Virus record (IMG/VR): IMGVR_UViG_3300000203_000003
Location: 32,001-96,000 of that record
Reading direction: 5' to 3' (one strand)
Length of the DNA stretch: 64,000 bases
From: a virus
Taxonomy: Duplodnaviria > Caudoviricetes
The position numbers were made by a program, and so were the translations under genes. Every line of letters begins with the position of its first letter. Position 1 is the stretch's first letter. Shown piece after piece: positions 29,171 to 39,325 of this stretch. The notes beneath the pieces are model-generated. The model made no database searches and was not told the DNA's origin. It worked only from the letters and a program-made list of their open reading frames with translations.

Positions 29171-31653
29171 TGGCAATCATACAGATAAGCCGGATACAGC
29201 ACCGATCAGGTAACCTGGTAGACTTACCACAATTGTCTGACGCAGAGTTTGGTTGGGCTACCGACACTAAACGACTGTTCATCGGCAAGTCTTCACCCAA
29301 TGAAAATATAGAGGTGTTAACCTCATACTCTAACGTAAACTTCAGTCAGATCATCGGTGCGCAAGGTAATCTGAACATAACAGGTGCGCTAGCTGGACAA
29401 GTTTTGTCATATGATGGTAATAACTGGGTTAACTATGCAGGAACCGGGTTATCGGGTAACATCAATCTCGGTGTTGTTGGTAATGTAAAGATTCAAGGCG
29501 GCGCGATTGGATATGTGCTAGAAACAGATGGCACCGGCACTCTATCTTGGGCGCCAAAAGGAACTCAATATACCCATATACAATCATTGTCAGCAGCTAC
29601 TCCTATTATAATGAAGGTCGCAAATACGGTACCGTATGTTAACGGTGCAGAGGTTACTATCACTAACGCAGACGGCACACATGCAAACACTATTGTTAAC
29701 GGTAAATCATTCTTCATTACATTATCAGTAGATTATGCATCATCTGGTAACGTGCAGTTATATACTGATATCGGCAGAACATTGGCCGCGAACGGCACAG
29801 GCTTGGGCGCGTCAACACCAAATATAGCGGTAGCAACTTCCGTAATATCAACCGGAAGTGGCGGAGGTGCAAGCGTCGGAGGATCAAATACTACTATACA
29901 GTTCAATAACAATAATATTCTTGATGGTAATACCGGTTTCACTTACGATTATACTACAAACCTGCTGACGTTAAACGGCAATGCTAATTTTGGTAATCTA
30001 AATGCCACTGGTGTTGTTACATCAAGCAGATTGATATCTAAAGCAACAACAGGAACAACCCCTATTCAAGTTGCTAGCACCACATTAGTGCCGAATCTTT
30101 ATGTTGCGCGGGCGAATGTATCTGATTATAGTGTGGTGTCAACACAAACAACTGGTGTATTCTATCCTACCCTAGTCGGAGCAAATACAACGGCTAACTA
30201 TTTTCTTGCGTCCAATTCAAACCTCTCATTCAACGCTGCATCAGGTGCACTGTCAGCAACACTACTGACTGGCACTTTAACTACTGCGGCACAGCCAAAT
30301 GTTACTTCAGTTGGCACTCTAACAGGGGTAGTCGTCAGTGGACATATTACCCCGAGTGCAAATATTACATACAATCTAGGTAACAATACAAATAGATTTA
30401 ATGATTTGTGGTTGGCAAATAGCACAATTTATATAGGCGCACAGACTATTAGTGCCAATAGTAACTCCGTTATTATCTCCGGTGCTATTGTAGGTAATAT
30501 GTCAGGTAATGCTACCACAGCAGGTACAGTCACCGCAGCGGCACAACCTAATATTACATCGGTCGGCACATTAACATCACTGTCCGTAACAGGGACTGCA
30601 TCAGCAGGCAATTTAAGTACAGGCGGAACGCTAAGTGTAACTGGTAATGCGAATGTAGGTAATTTAGGAACCACAGGATTAATAGCAATCGGCAACATAT
30701 CAGGTGCAAATCTGACAGGTAATCACTACGGGTCAGCTAGTGCGTTATCATCGTTGACTGGTGCTAACGTGACCGGTCAAGTAAACTATGCTGCAACAGC
30801 AAATGCAGTAGCAGGTGCTAATGTGTCTGGACAAGTTTCTTTTGCAGCAACAGCAAATGCAGTTGCAGGTGGAAATGTCAGTGGTCAAGTTTCTTTTGCA
30901 GCAACAGCAAATGCAGTTGCAGGTGGAAATGTCAGTGGTGCAGTAGGACTTGCTACTTATGCCACAACAGCAAATGCAGTTGCAGGTGGAAATGTCAGTG
31001 GTGCAGTAGGACTTGCTACTTATGCCACAACAGCAAATGCAGTTGCAGGTGGAAATGTCAGTGGTCAAGTTTCTTTTGCAGCAACAGCAAATGCAGTAGC
31101 AGGTGGAAATGTCTCGGGCACTGTTGCAAATGCGACTTATGCAGTGACAGCAGGATCAACTACTACTGTTACAATTGGTGGATCAGTAACTACTACAACT
31201 CTTACTACTGGCGCAACAGCAACAGCAGGCACTATCACAGGTAACTGGTCATTAGCTGCAGGCTCACAGTTAAGAGCTACATACGCTGACTTAGCTGAGT
31301 GCTATAAAGCTGATGCTTATTACGAAGCAGGGACAGTCCTGGAGTTCGGTGGATTGAATGAAGTCACTCTGGCATCAGACTCAACAAACAGAGTAGCAGG
31401 TGTTGTATCAACTAACCCTGCGTATGTGATGAACTCTCAGTGCGAAGGCGAATACATCGTGCAACTTGCTTTACAGGGCCGTGCGCCGTGTAAGGTCAGA
31501 GGTGTGGTACGAAAAGGTGATATGATGGTAAGCGGTGGCGATGGCTTCGCACGACCTTCAGCAACACCGTTAATGGGAACAGTAATCGGTAAGTCTCTGG
31601 AAGACTTCGCTGGCACATCAGGTGTCATCGAAGTAGCAGTGGGCAGATTATAA
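29170..31653 (+). CDS. tail fibre/baseplate-associated protein
   Basis: MAIIQISRIQHRSG..LPQL N-terminus; AAQPNITSVGTL and ANAVAGGNVSG repeats; YADLAE..GVVS..PA C-terminal domain. Confidence 0.75.
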   Translation: MAIIQISRIQHRSGNLVDLPQLSDAEFGWATDTKRLFIGKSSPNENIEVLTSYSNVNFSQIIGAQGNLNITGALAGQVLSYDGNNWVNYAGTGLSGNINLGVVGNVKIQGGAIGYVLETDGTGTLSWAPKGTQYTHIQSLSAATPIIMKVANTVPYVNGAEVTITNADGTHANTIVNGKSFFITLSVDYASSGNVQLYTDIGRTLAANGTGLGASTPNIAVATSVISTGSGGGASVGGSNTTIQFNNNNILDGNTGFTYDYTTNLLTLNGNANFGNLNATGVVTSSRLISKATTGTTPIQVASTTLVPNLYVARANVSDYSVVSTQTTGVFYPTLVGANTTANYFLASNSNLSFNAASGALSATLLTGTLTTAAQPNVTSVGTLTGVVVSGHITPSANITYNLGNNTNRFNDLWLANSTIYIGAQTISANSNSVIISGAIVGNMSGNATTAGTVTAAAQPNITSVGTLTSLSVTGTASAGNLSTGGTLSVTGNANVGNLGTTGLIAIGNISGANLTGNHYGSASALSSLTGANVTGQVNYAATANAVAGANVSGQVSFAATANAVAGGNVSGQVSFAATANAVAGGNVSGAVGLATYATTANAVAGGNVSGAVGLATYATTANAVAGGNVSGQVSFAATANAVAGGNVSGTVANATYAVTAGSTTTVTIGGSVTTTTLTTGATATAGTITGNWSLAAGSQLRATYADLAECYKADAYYEAGTVLEFGGLNEVTLASDSTNRVAGVVSTNPAYVMNSQCEGEYIVQLALQGRAPCKVRGVVRKGDMMVSGGDGFARPSATPLMGTVIGKSLEDFAGTSGVIEVAVGRL
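30790..31120 (+). repeat. intragenic tandem repeats (51/60-nt units)
   Basis: six copies of ACAGCAAATGCAGT(T/A)GCAGGTG. Confidence 0.85.
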
Positions 31654-31671
31654 AATATCAAAGGAAGAAAC

Positions 31672-31956
31672 ATGGCATCATATATACAAACTCCAGCAGC
31701 CGGTAGTCTAAGGATTGGACCGATTGCAACAGACAAAGTTCGAATCGCAACTACCTCATGCGCGATTGCGTTCAACATCGGTAACTCAGCAGTAACAGCT
31801 AATACAACCGCATGCGAAATCATTCCAGCTAGCACAGTAGAACGTAGCATCTTGGTGCTCCAAGGTAACTATATTGCTTATATTCTTGCTGATGGTACAG
31901 CAGCACCATTCAGTGTAACTGAACTAGGCGCCCCGCATCTGGTCACTGGTACGTAA
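31672..31956 (+). CDS. small putative structural protein
   Basis: AAGGA RBS, beta-rich. Confidence 0.65.
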   Translation: MASYIQTPAAGSLRIGPIATDKVRIATTSCAIAFNIGNSAVTANTTACEIIPASTVERSILVLQGNYIAYILADGTAAPFSVTELGAPHLVTGT

Positions 31957-31980
31957 CCCATCATTTTTCGCCCAAAGCGA

Positions 31981-32069
31981 TAAATAAACTCATACACTCT
32001 CATTCTGAGAGTTTATGCTGTAACCCACAGCGTAGGACTAGAACTCCACACAACCTAAAGGAAAAACAA
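31981..32069 (+). promoter_or_regulatory. late promoter plus structured 5' leader
   Basis: TAAATA, then ACTCTC/GAGAGT and TATGCTGT/ACAGCGTA hairpins. Confidence 0.55.
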
Positions 32070-33251
32070 ATGGGACGCCCTCTTAAAATCGCCAAATCAC
32101 AATTCGTTGGCACAATCACCGGAACAACAACCGGTACAAACATCGTTACTTTCATCCCTGCTATAACTGCTACTGTTAACTTCACTGTAGGCATGCCTGT
32201 CGTTGTATCAACTACCGTCAGTAACATCATCGCCGGAACAACATATTGGGTACTAACTATGCCAAGCACATCGTCTATGACGTTAAGCTCGACCCCGTTA
32301 GATGCTAATATCAATAGGACACCGCTTGCACTTGGCACAGTCGGCCCGGTCACTGTTGGTTTCACTGTCAATTTAGTTGACTATGGTTTCAACAATCCAA
32401 ATGGTGCAGCTAACACATACAGCGTTGTCGGTGGCAACACCGGAAGCTATGGCAAGCAAGTTCTTGCTGATGTTGCTATCGGTCGCGTGGGCGCCGGAAC
32501 AGTAACATTGAACGGTACGGCTGGTAAAGAAATGTGGGGCGCTGGTACAGACTTTGCTAACACGTTGTCAGTTGGATCGTCAGTTGAACTGGCAGACGGC
32601 ACTATAGCAGGTCATGTCGCAGTGATTCCTGGCTACATCGTAGTCGCAGTTACAGATACAGAAGCAGTCGGTAGTATTGTTGTTGCAGTTAGCACAGCAG
32701 CAATGAACGCTCTTCAACCAATCGTGTTCAATGCTGATATCGGTAATTTAACAGCCGGCACAGTGTATTGGGTTCGTGATATTCTGAGTGTGACAGATTT
32801 TACTGTCAGTATGCAGCGCAACGGTTCTTTAGTAACGCTTGCTGATGATTCAGCAGTTGTGACTGGTCATCAAGATTATGTCGTGATGGGCGCTATCACT
32901 CCGCAACATTATGCACTGTCTGCTTGGACATATGCTGATAACGAATCTGGTTTCATCGTCAGACAAAAAGGTCGTAGCAAGTTCCTTGTAACTGGTCTGA
33001 CTTCAGGTCTAACTGGTGTTTGCTACACAGCAGATTTAGCAGCAGCAGCACTTGTGCCCGGCACAATGCGAGTCTCTGCAACAACAGCGGCACCGGCAAC
33101 TGTATTATTAGAAAGATTAGCTGATCATACAGCCAGAGGATTTGGTAACACTGATACTGCTACAGCATACTACGCATCGTTTAACGCAGCGATTGCAGCA
33201 AATGCAACGCCAAGTCAACCGTACGGAGTGATTACTGTTAATAACTCTTAA
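32070..33251 (+). CDS. putative virion structural protein
   Basis: MGRPLK start, Thr/Val/Gly-rich, IVRQKGRSKFLV. Confidence 0.65.
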   Translation: MGRPLKIAKSQFVGTITGTTTGTNIVTFIPAITATVNFTVGMPVVVSTTVSNIIAGTTYWVLTMPSTSSMTLSSTPLDANINRTPLALGTVGPVTVGFTVNLVDYGFNNPNGAANTYSVVGGNTGSYGKQVLADVAIGRVGAGTVTLNGTAGKEMWGAGTDFANTLSVGSSVELADGTIAGHVAVIPGYIVVAVTDTEAVGSIVVAVSTAAMNALQPIVFNADIGNLTAGTVYWVRDILSVTDFTVSMQRNGSLVTLADDSAVVTGHQDYVVMGAITPQHYALSAWTYADNESGFIVRQKGRSKFLVTGLTSGLTGVCYTADLAAAALVPGTMRVSATTAAPATVLLERLADHTARGFGNTDTATAYYASFNAAIAANATPSQPYGVITVNNS

Positions 33252-33260
33252 GGATGATGT

Positions 33261-33725
33261 ATGGCAACTGGTTTTTCAGATACACAAATGGGGAGCATGG
33301 GCTGGCGTGGGCGTGACGGGCCCGGCACTCTCGACATTTCGCAGATGATTGCGAATGAGGATGATCCCAAACAACGGGCATTCCTTATTGTTCTCCATAG
33401 CATTAACCAAGCTCTGGAAGCAAATACAAGTACCGTAAGGGAAATTAGTGATAAGTTAGAAATTCACCTCGAAGCATTTAACGAACATACTGCTGAAGGA
33501 GAGAAAATGATGAATCAAGGGCGCGGTGCCTGGAAGATAGTAGCATGGGTTATTGGATTCGCACAAATATTAGCAACTGGTGCTTGGGTCACACAACGAA
33601 GTGAGATGACTCAACTTTCAGCAACAATTAATACTGAGGTATTACAAGGGGCTGAAATGAAGGGCAGGATTGATGTAATAGAAAGAACTATTCAAACTCA
33701 TATATCGGACTCGTCAAAGAAATAA
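33261..33725 (+). CDS. hypothetical membrane protein
   Basis: coiled coils flanking one hydrophobic segment. Confidence 0.6.
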   Translation: MATGFSDTQMGSMGWRGRDGPGTLDISQMIANEDDPKQRAFLIVLHSINQALEANTSTVREISDKLEIHLEAFNEHTAEGEKMMNQGRGAWKIVAWVIGFAQILATGAWVTQRSEMTQLSATINTEVLQGAEMKGRIDVIERTIQTHISDSSKK

Positions 33726-33749
33726 AAAGAGCACTTCGGTGCTCTTTTT
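33724..33749. terminator. bidirectional intrinsic terminator
   Basis: AAAAAGAGCAC-TTCG-GTGCTCTTTTT between convergent genes. Confidence 0.9.
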
Positions 33750-34156
33750 CATTTACTGGTTAGTGCTTTAAGCTTGTCGATCACAACATCAAAGTTGACG
33801 GTGTTGAACAGTCCCGGATGTAATGGTTTAGGGTATTGATTATCGCCTACCCAAGCATATCCGCAATGCTCATCGTTCAACACCGGGGTAAACTCATCTT
33901 CAATCTGGCAGAAGAAAGTATGATAGGTGAACGAGCGATTGATAAACTTCTGAATAGGAATCAGCTTCGCATCTTTAGGGAAGTGACTTATTTCTTCTTG
34001 ACACTCACGCACAACACCCTCTAATAGAGTTTCGCCCTTCTCAACCTTGCCGCCGGGTATGCCCCAGTTGCCAGGGTTCTTGGCGTCTGTGCGAAGTAGA
34101 TATAGATAGCGTTTAGTTTTCGTGGCGTAAAAGAACACGCCGGCAGATTGATTCAT
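33749..34156 (-). CDS. NUDIX hydrolase
   Basis: GGKVEKGETLLEGVVRECQEEI Nudix box. Confidence 0.9.
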   Translation of the reverse strand: MNQSAGVFFYATKTKRYLYLLRTDAKNPGNWGIPGGKVEKGETLLEGVVRECQEEISHFPKDAKLIPIQKFINRSFTYHTFFCQIEDEFTPVLNDEHCGYAWVGDNQYPKPLHPGLFNTVNFDVVIDKLKALTSK

Positions 34157-34163
34157 ATACTAT

Positions 34164-34763
34164 TTAGACTATGCCATGATGTGCCCTACATTTATCAAAG
34201 TGCCATCTACCCATGGCACTTGCGCCCCCTGATGTGCCGCAATGAGGACATTCTACAATCGGTTTAGGTATACCGGATAACGCCTCGCTGATTTTAGGAT
34301 TCTTTCGACCAGTAAGGGTGGCGCTCACCCAGGGCTGTTTCTTTCCGCGCTGTCTTTCACTCTTTGCGGTATTCTGGTCAGCAGTGTGTTTTCCACCAAC
34401 TAATTTTTGTCTAATCTTTTCTTTAACACATTCAGTTACTTTTTTGCCCAAGTTAGCTTTTCTAATTTTATCAGTATGTGATTTAGATTGTTTATAACCA
34501 CTAGTGCCTTCTCCACCATCTGTTAGGTTACGAAGTACCCCGGTCCCTAAATCTTTTCTACCGTACCACTTAATTAGTTGTCGTTCTAGTGCGAAAGCAC
34601 CTATCTCGGTTAAGTTCCGTTCTATTATAATAATTCTAGATTTTTCAGGTACTTTAATACGGTGGTTAATAGAGTCATATGCTCTACTGCCTTTTCCCTT
34701 GCCTATATAATACACGGTGTTGTTGGTTTTACGCAAATATGCATAAACATAATAAATAGTCAT
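34164..34763 (-). CDS. GIY-YIG homing endonuclease with NUMOD3-like repeats
   Basis: YVYAYLR..YYIGKG..NLTDGGEG; start placed at ATG 34763 after AAGGA RBS. Confidence 0.88.
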   Translation of the reverse strand: MTIYYVYAYLRKTNNTVYYIGKGKGSRAYDSINHRIKVPEKSRIIIIERNLTEIGAFALERQLIKWYGRKDLGTGVLRNLTDGGEGTSGYKQSKSHTDKIRKANLGKKVTECVKEKIRQKLVGGKHTADQNTAKSERQRGKKQPWVSATLTGRKNPKISEALSGIPKPIVECPHCGTSGGASAMGRWHFDKCRAHHGIV

Positions 34764-34829
34764 GCTGTGATTCCTTTCAATCATAGAGTAGTTGGGGAGT
34801 GGACGCCCGCGAACTACACTTTTATTTAT
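34764..34829 (+). ncRNA. endonuclease-associated two-hairpin element, copy 4
   Basis: CTGTGATT/AATCATAG; GTAGTT G GGG..CCC GCG AACTAC ACT. Confidence 0.7.
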
Positions 34830-36199
34830 CAAATAACAATAGAATAGTCCCCGGCCGCATAAAAGCCTTCCCAAGACTTCATCCAAGTATCATCAGTGAA
34901 GCGATACTGAACCGCAGTGGTGAGATTAGTGACATACTGAACATCAGCAAGCAATGAACTGTCAAAACTGACGAACCATTTGCCCAGTGCGCTGCTGTAT
35001 TCAATAATATCATTAGCTTGAGCGATTAGATCACCCCAGCCGATTGTTGTGTCGCCCACATGACCGATACTCTCAACGATCAGATAGCGTCTGCCATTGA
35101 CTGGTGCAGGTAGTCCGGCGTTAGGACCAGAGACTAGCGGATTGATTACACTGTCAACAGGAGCAAGTGTATTCTGCGGCAGAGTATCAGGGTCGATACT
35201 GTAAATCAACAGACGATCATCATTTGGATCAGGAACAATCGTGCCAACAATCTCTGTTGTCATATAGGGATTCTGTAACCAGATTTGCGAGATGCCTGGA
35301 CGAATCGTGCCGTATACATTCAGCACACTGGCCCAATAGACTGAGGTGTCTGGGTTAGGTGGCAAGTTCAGATCATCGTTCTCAGGATAGAAGTCCCGAT
35401 TAGCAGGAAGTATTTGCAGAGCATTGCTGATCAACAATAACTTATAACCGTAAGGCGTAATCTTTTGTCTGGTCCCTAACAACAGATCATCATCTTGAAT
35501 GTCAGTAAGCGCATGACCTTTGAAGATAGACGCAATGATTTTCTCAATGACGCCGTACTTTTTAAGTTTCGCTGCGGTGCTCAACCATATAGGCATGTAG
35601 AACTTCCAAGTCAGCACATCGATAGGATTGCCTGAACCTTGTGGAATAGTTCGTGATGACCAGTTCAGTGACTCTTGATAGACAACGCTCAATGAAGTCC
35701 AGTCAATGAAGTTATCAGTTGATTGTATTTCAAGCGCAGGGTTAAACAGGGTACCCAGCTGCTCAACTAATTCAAGCTTTTGATTGTAGTTTGTTGTCCA
35801 GAAGTCTACTGTTATTTTAAGTGTATACGGCACTGGCATTAGTCGTTCAACTGTAAATGCTTGCCCCTGTGTAGTTTCATAAGTCTGAGTGTCACTATTG
35901 TATGCACGTTGTCTGATGCTGATTCTGTCAGTATATGTAGGATCCTGAGTTCGTTTCTGATCATACTCAAGCCCGCTGATGTAATATGAAATCATCGGAG
36001 CACTTGGCAGGTTGCTTGCGGTGTTGTTAGAGATGATGTTTGCTGCTTGTCTGCTGCTGTCACCATACATCACCGGTACTCTGACCATGATATCATTGCC
36101 TGCAGGGTCTTTGCCCCTGGTGACTTGCCAGTTAGAAAATATCTTCGCAAACTGTAGTAGAAAACGGCGAATCTGATTATCGTAGAAGAATGCGGCCAA
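34829..36199 (-). CDS. tail sheath stabilizer/terminator (T4 gp15-like)
   Basis: FFYDNQIRR..F..VPVMYG..PVPY..EQLGTLFNP. Confidence 0.8.
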   Translation of the reverse strand: MAAFFYDNQIRRFLLQFAKIFSNWQVTRGKDPAGNDIMVRVPVMYGDSSRQAANIISNNTASNLPSAPMISYYISGLEYDQKRTQDPTYTDRISIRQRAYNSDTQTYETTQGQAFTVERLMPVPYTLKITVDFWTTNYNQKLELVEQLGTLFNPALEIQSTDNFIDWTSLSVVYQESLNWSSRTIPQGSGNPIDVLTWKFYMPIWLSTAAKLKKYGVIEKIIASIFKGHALTDIQDDDLLLGTRQKITPYGYKLLLISNALQILPANRDFYPENDDLNLPPNPDTSVYWASVLNVYGTIRPGISQIWLQNPYMTTEIVGTIVPDPNDDRLLIYSIDPDTLPQNTLAPVDSVINPLVSGPNAGLPAPVNGRRYLIVESIGHVGDTTIGWGDLIAQANDIIEYSSALGKWFVSFDSSLLADVQYVTNLTTAVQYRFTDDTWMKSWEGFYAAGDYSIVI

Positions 36200-36209
36200 A
36201 ATAAATCCT

Positions 36210-37856
36210 TTAAAGTATAGGTGGCAACGGATCGGGTGCCAGTTTTAAAATAGTTGACAGTGCTTGCTTCTGCGGAACGAATGTCCCATCTGTAAGTTCT
36301 GTCTCATTTGAGTTATTGATGTATCCAGATAGCAATGAAGTATCAGCTGGGGTGAAGCCAGTATATGTTCGCACATCAGTTGAGATTCTGACCCACAATT
36401 GGCCGTCCCATCTGAATAGCATCTGCGGCAGATAGTCAGTGCGAAGAAAGTAGTCACCAAGCTGAGGTGCCAGTGGGAAGGTGATACCAGCGCCAGTTGG
36501 GAAACCATTTGGTGCTTCACTTGATCCTGACAGATATCCTGCTGTGTAGCTAAACGACAGCGGACTGTATCTGGCAATGTAAGTGAATGCAGGGTCTGCG
36601 TCAGCCGTGAAGTCCATCGCTCCTGTGATTGTTCCGTCAAACCCTGGTGACATGAGGTCAGAGTCAGCAGTCACATCGATTGAATCTACTGTGCCGTAAG
36701 GACCGACTCCGGAACCCAATGAGTATACTGACAGAACTTTCTCACCCGTGACCGGACCCGATCCGCTGCCTATCTTCTTGGCAGGTAGCGTCACTGACTG
36801 TAAGATCATCTGCAGGAATGCAGTGATATCCGTGTTCTTCGGCAGACGAATAGCTGGGCTGGCGTTTCTGTATTTAGGTGACTTCATCAGCACCACAGTG
36901 CCGACTACAATAGGTGGTCCACTACTTGTTATCGTCAAGTCATAAGGCGGAGCAGGTTGTCCAACTTTGTCGGACTCTGGACCGTATTTAGGAACGATGT
37001 ATAACTTGGTGTTATCATATCCCGATTTAGGTAGTTGTCGCGCTGCCTCAGCTAATACAGCATCATTGATGGCGATGTTCTTATTGTACGTTGACAGAAT
37101 ATCTTTAAGATTCTGTTGTGTATCCAGCGCCCAGTAAGTAGCGTTAGGTGGCATGGTGCCAGCTGGAACTTCTTGAGTTGAGGTGTAGTTAGTGTCGCCA
37201 AATGTGACGACATAACCTGCCGGATATGTTTGTGTAGCATTCCACTGACCAACATAGTTGTCAGTGTTTGCGGGTTGAGCAAGAATTTGACTGAACTCTT
37301 GACTGTTAACTAACGGTTCGCACTTGACACGCCACAGATGCGGATACCAAGTAGGAGAGAAACCTTCGCTGGCATAGTTTCCGTCAGTGACTTGATAGAA
37401 TCGTCTTAGCGACACCGGGATCACTTCGTTCAGCGGGTTGTAGTCAAGTAAATGAGGAAGTTCCAGTACATCACCGACCATCAGCTTCCGACCGACCAAT
37501 TCAATCATCGTGTTATAATGAATGGTGATGAATAAAATATCGTTGTTTAGGAACAGACCGAATTGACTTAGGTCGAAGTCCAGATTCTGTACTCCATATT
37601 GACCGCGCAGCCTGATGATGTCCGGTTCGTATGTCCTATCGCGGTTTTCCTGAAATAACAGGTCCTGGATATTCATTGGATTCAGTGAATCATATTGTGG
37701 TTGAGTAGCATCAATCGATGTACCCTGATTTGTCGGTCCGAGATATTTATGAATATACAGATCAGTTCCGCCTGCGGTCAATTGTTCGGCAACGGCCCGA
37801 TCAAAGTATCGATAATCATTGCTTTTGGTGGGATGGTACAGACTCAATCGTGGCAT
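36210..37856 (-). CDS. neck protein (T4 gp14-like)
   Basis: DLLFQENRDR, LSQFGLF, GDVLELP; adjacent to gp15-like gene. Confidence 0.7.
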   Translation of the reverse strand: MPRLSLYHPTKSNDYRYFDRAVAEQLTAGGTDLYIHKYLGPTNQGTSIDATQPQYDSLNPMNIQDLLFQENRDRTYEPDIIRLRGQYGVQNLDFDLSQFGLFLNNDILFITIHYNTMIELVGRKLMVGDVLELPHLLDYNPLNEVIPVSLRRFYQVTDGNYASEGFSPTWYPHLWRVKCEPLVNSQEFSQILAQPANTDNYVGQWNATQTYPAGYVVTFGDTNYTSTQEVPAGTMPPNATYWALDTQQNLKDILSTYNKNIAINDAVLAEAARQLPKSGYDNTKLYIVPKYGPESDKVGQPAPPYDLTITSSGPPIVVGTVVLMKSPKYRNASPAIRLPKNTDITAFLQMILQSVTLPAKKIGSGSGPVTGEKVLSVYSLGSGVGPYGTVDSIDVTADSDLMSPGFDGTITGAMDFTADADPAFTYIARYSPLSFSYTAGYLSGSSEAPNGFPTGAGITFPLAPQLGDYFLRTDYLPQMLFRWDGQLWVRISTDVRTYTGFTPADTSLLSGYINNSNETELTDGTFVPQKQALSTILKLAPDPLPPIL

Positions 37857-37860
37857 ATAT

Positions 37861-38523
37861 TTATGTATTTGTTAGTAAACACCATCCTCCGACGCGAAGT
37901 TGTTTATGGTTGACGACACTGCTCATACTTGTAATGTTGAGGTTATATTTTTTAGTGAGTTCGGATTGGGTGCAACTTTCCTTTTCACCATTTTGGTGAA
38001 CGAAAGAATAGATAGTTAGATCGAAATTGGGATTGTTCCCGCCAAACCTGGTAATATTCCATTTTTGTTTTTCTGGAGTTAGTCTCCATCCGCGATGTGT
38101 CTTTGCTTTATTAGTAACCAATCCCGTAACACCAGAAATATTCAATGAATGTTTTTTGACCATGTCATATCTCGTACAATGCTCAACTCTTCCATCAGAG
38201 TGAAAAAATGTATATAAGGTTGTATCCCAAGGACACCCTGCTTTACCTTCTCCACCATCAGTTCTATTGTGCAGAATCCCAGTGAGATTATCTTTTCTAC
38301 CATACCATCTTATCAATCTTCGCTCCAGAGCATATGCCCATAACTCAGTTAGTCCGGTTGCGATGACTATTATCCTGTTTCTATCGGCTGGCAGCGGAAT
38401 GCTGTGCTTTTCGGTTGCTCGTTTGCCAATGCCCTTTCCGATATAGTATGGCGTGCCGGATTCTCGCAAATAGGCGTATACATAAAATCCTTCTTTGGTG
38501 TGTTGTCGGCCAAATATGTGCAT
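37861..38523 (-). CDS. GIY-YIG homing endonuclease
   Basis: [27 protein letters not shown]; two C-terminal repeated domains. Confidence 0.85.
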   Translation of the reverse strand: MHIFGRQHTKEGFYVYAYLRESGTPYYIGKGIGKRATEKHSIPLPADRNRIIVIATGLTELWAYALERRLIRWYGRKDNLTGILHNRTDGGEGKAGCPWDTTLYTFFHSDGRVEHCTRYDMVKKHSLNISGVTGLVTNKAKTHRGWRLTPEKQKWNITRFGGNNPNFDLTIYSFVHQNGEKESCTQSELTKKYNLNITSMSSVVNHKQLRVGGWCLLTNT

Positions 38524-38592
38524 AGAGTATTTATCACTTGACAATAAACCCGTAATCTGTTACACTGAAAGTGTAGAAAGAAGGAGTAGGAA

Positions 38593-38781
38593 ATGTCTGA
38601 AGTTAAACTAAACGGTCCCCTGTTCAAAGTGACGATGACTGAACACGAACGTGGTTATGGTCAGCGCCCGATGGGTGAGAAATTTTTTGACAACGAGGAA
38701 GAGGCCAAAAAGTTCTGCGAGGAATACTTCGGCGGCGACTCAGAGTGCTATTTCAGGGCAGAGTATCGCAAAGTGGCGTAG
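38593..38781 (+). CDS. small early hypothetical protein
   Basis: TTGACA-N17-TACACT promoter at 38538 and AGGAG RBS. Confidence 0.7.
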   Translation: MSEVKLNGPLFKVTMTEHERGYGQRPMGEKFFDNEEEAKKFCEEYFGGDSECYFRAEYRKVA

Positions 38782-38782
38782 G

Positions 38783-38811
38783 TTGACAATAAATCAGTTT
38801 GGGTATATAAT
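38783..38811 (+). promoter_or_regulatory. sigma70-type early promoter
   Basis: TTGACA-N17-TATAAT, similar to 1790..1818. Confidence 0.85.
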
Positions 38812-38840
38812 ACACTCATACACTGAAAACGGAGAAACAA

Positions 38841-39194
38841 ATGGCTTACACTTTTGACGAAAACATCGTTTCTGATCTTCACAAAGACGCTTTCGGCTTC
38901 CGCCCGAGTCAGTCTTGGTGGTACGGTTGGACTCATGCTTCCGACGAAGGCAAGCAACATGAGTGGGACTATATGCTCAAGATTCTGGATAACACCATGG
39001 CAGAAGATGCCCGCCGGGAACAAGACGCTATCGTGGCGTTCGAGGTGCTCGTCACCAAGACGATCAACTCAGGTGCCAAGACCCGCGAAGTTGCCCTGCG
39101 CTGGATCATGGAAGCAAGCACCTGTGACGGTGATTGGGAATATCTCTGCTACACTCACGGTCTCCCCTACTCTTACTTTCGCAAGGTGGCATAA
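38841..39194 (+). CDS. early hypothetical protein
   Basis: SDLHKDAFGFRP motif, GGAG RBS. Confidence 0.75.
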   Translation: MAYTFDENIVSDLHKDAFGFRPSQSWWYGWTHASDEGKQHEWDYMLKILDNTMAEDARREQDAIVAFEVLVTKTINSGAKTREVALRWIMEASTCDGDWEYLCYTHGLPYSYFRKVA

Positions 39195-39325
39195 TGGCGT
39201 GGATTGCTGTAATCATCCTAGTTCTTACAGGTAATCCAGGACTAGCATTTATCGTTGCAATGCTGTTGATCTTGTTCGGTTGACACTTCATCTAAATAGT
39301 GCTACAATATCACAAAGGAAAACTA

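Noticed and set aside
34764-34886. N-terminal extension of the GIY-YIG ORF given in the track
   Set aside because: It runs through the conserved non-coding element and the gp15-like gene end; RBS and paralogues place the start at 34763
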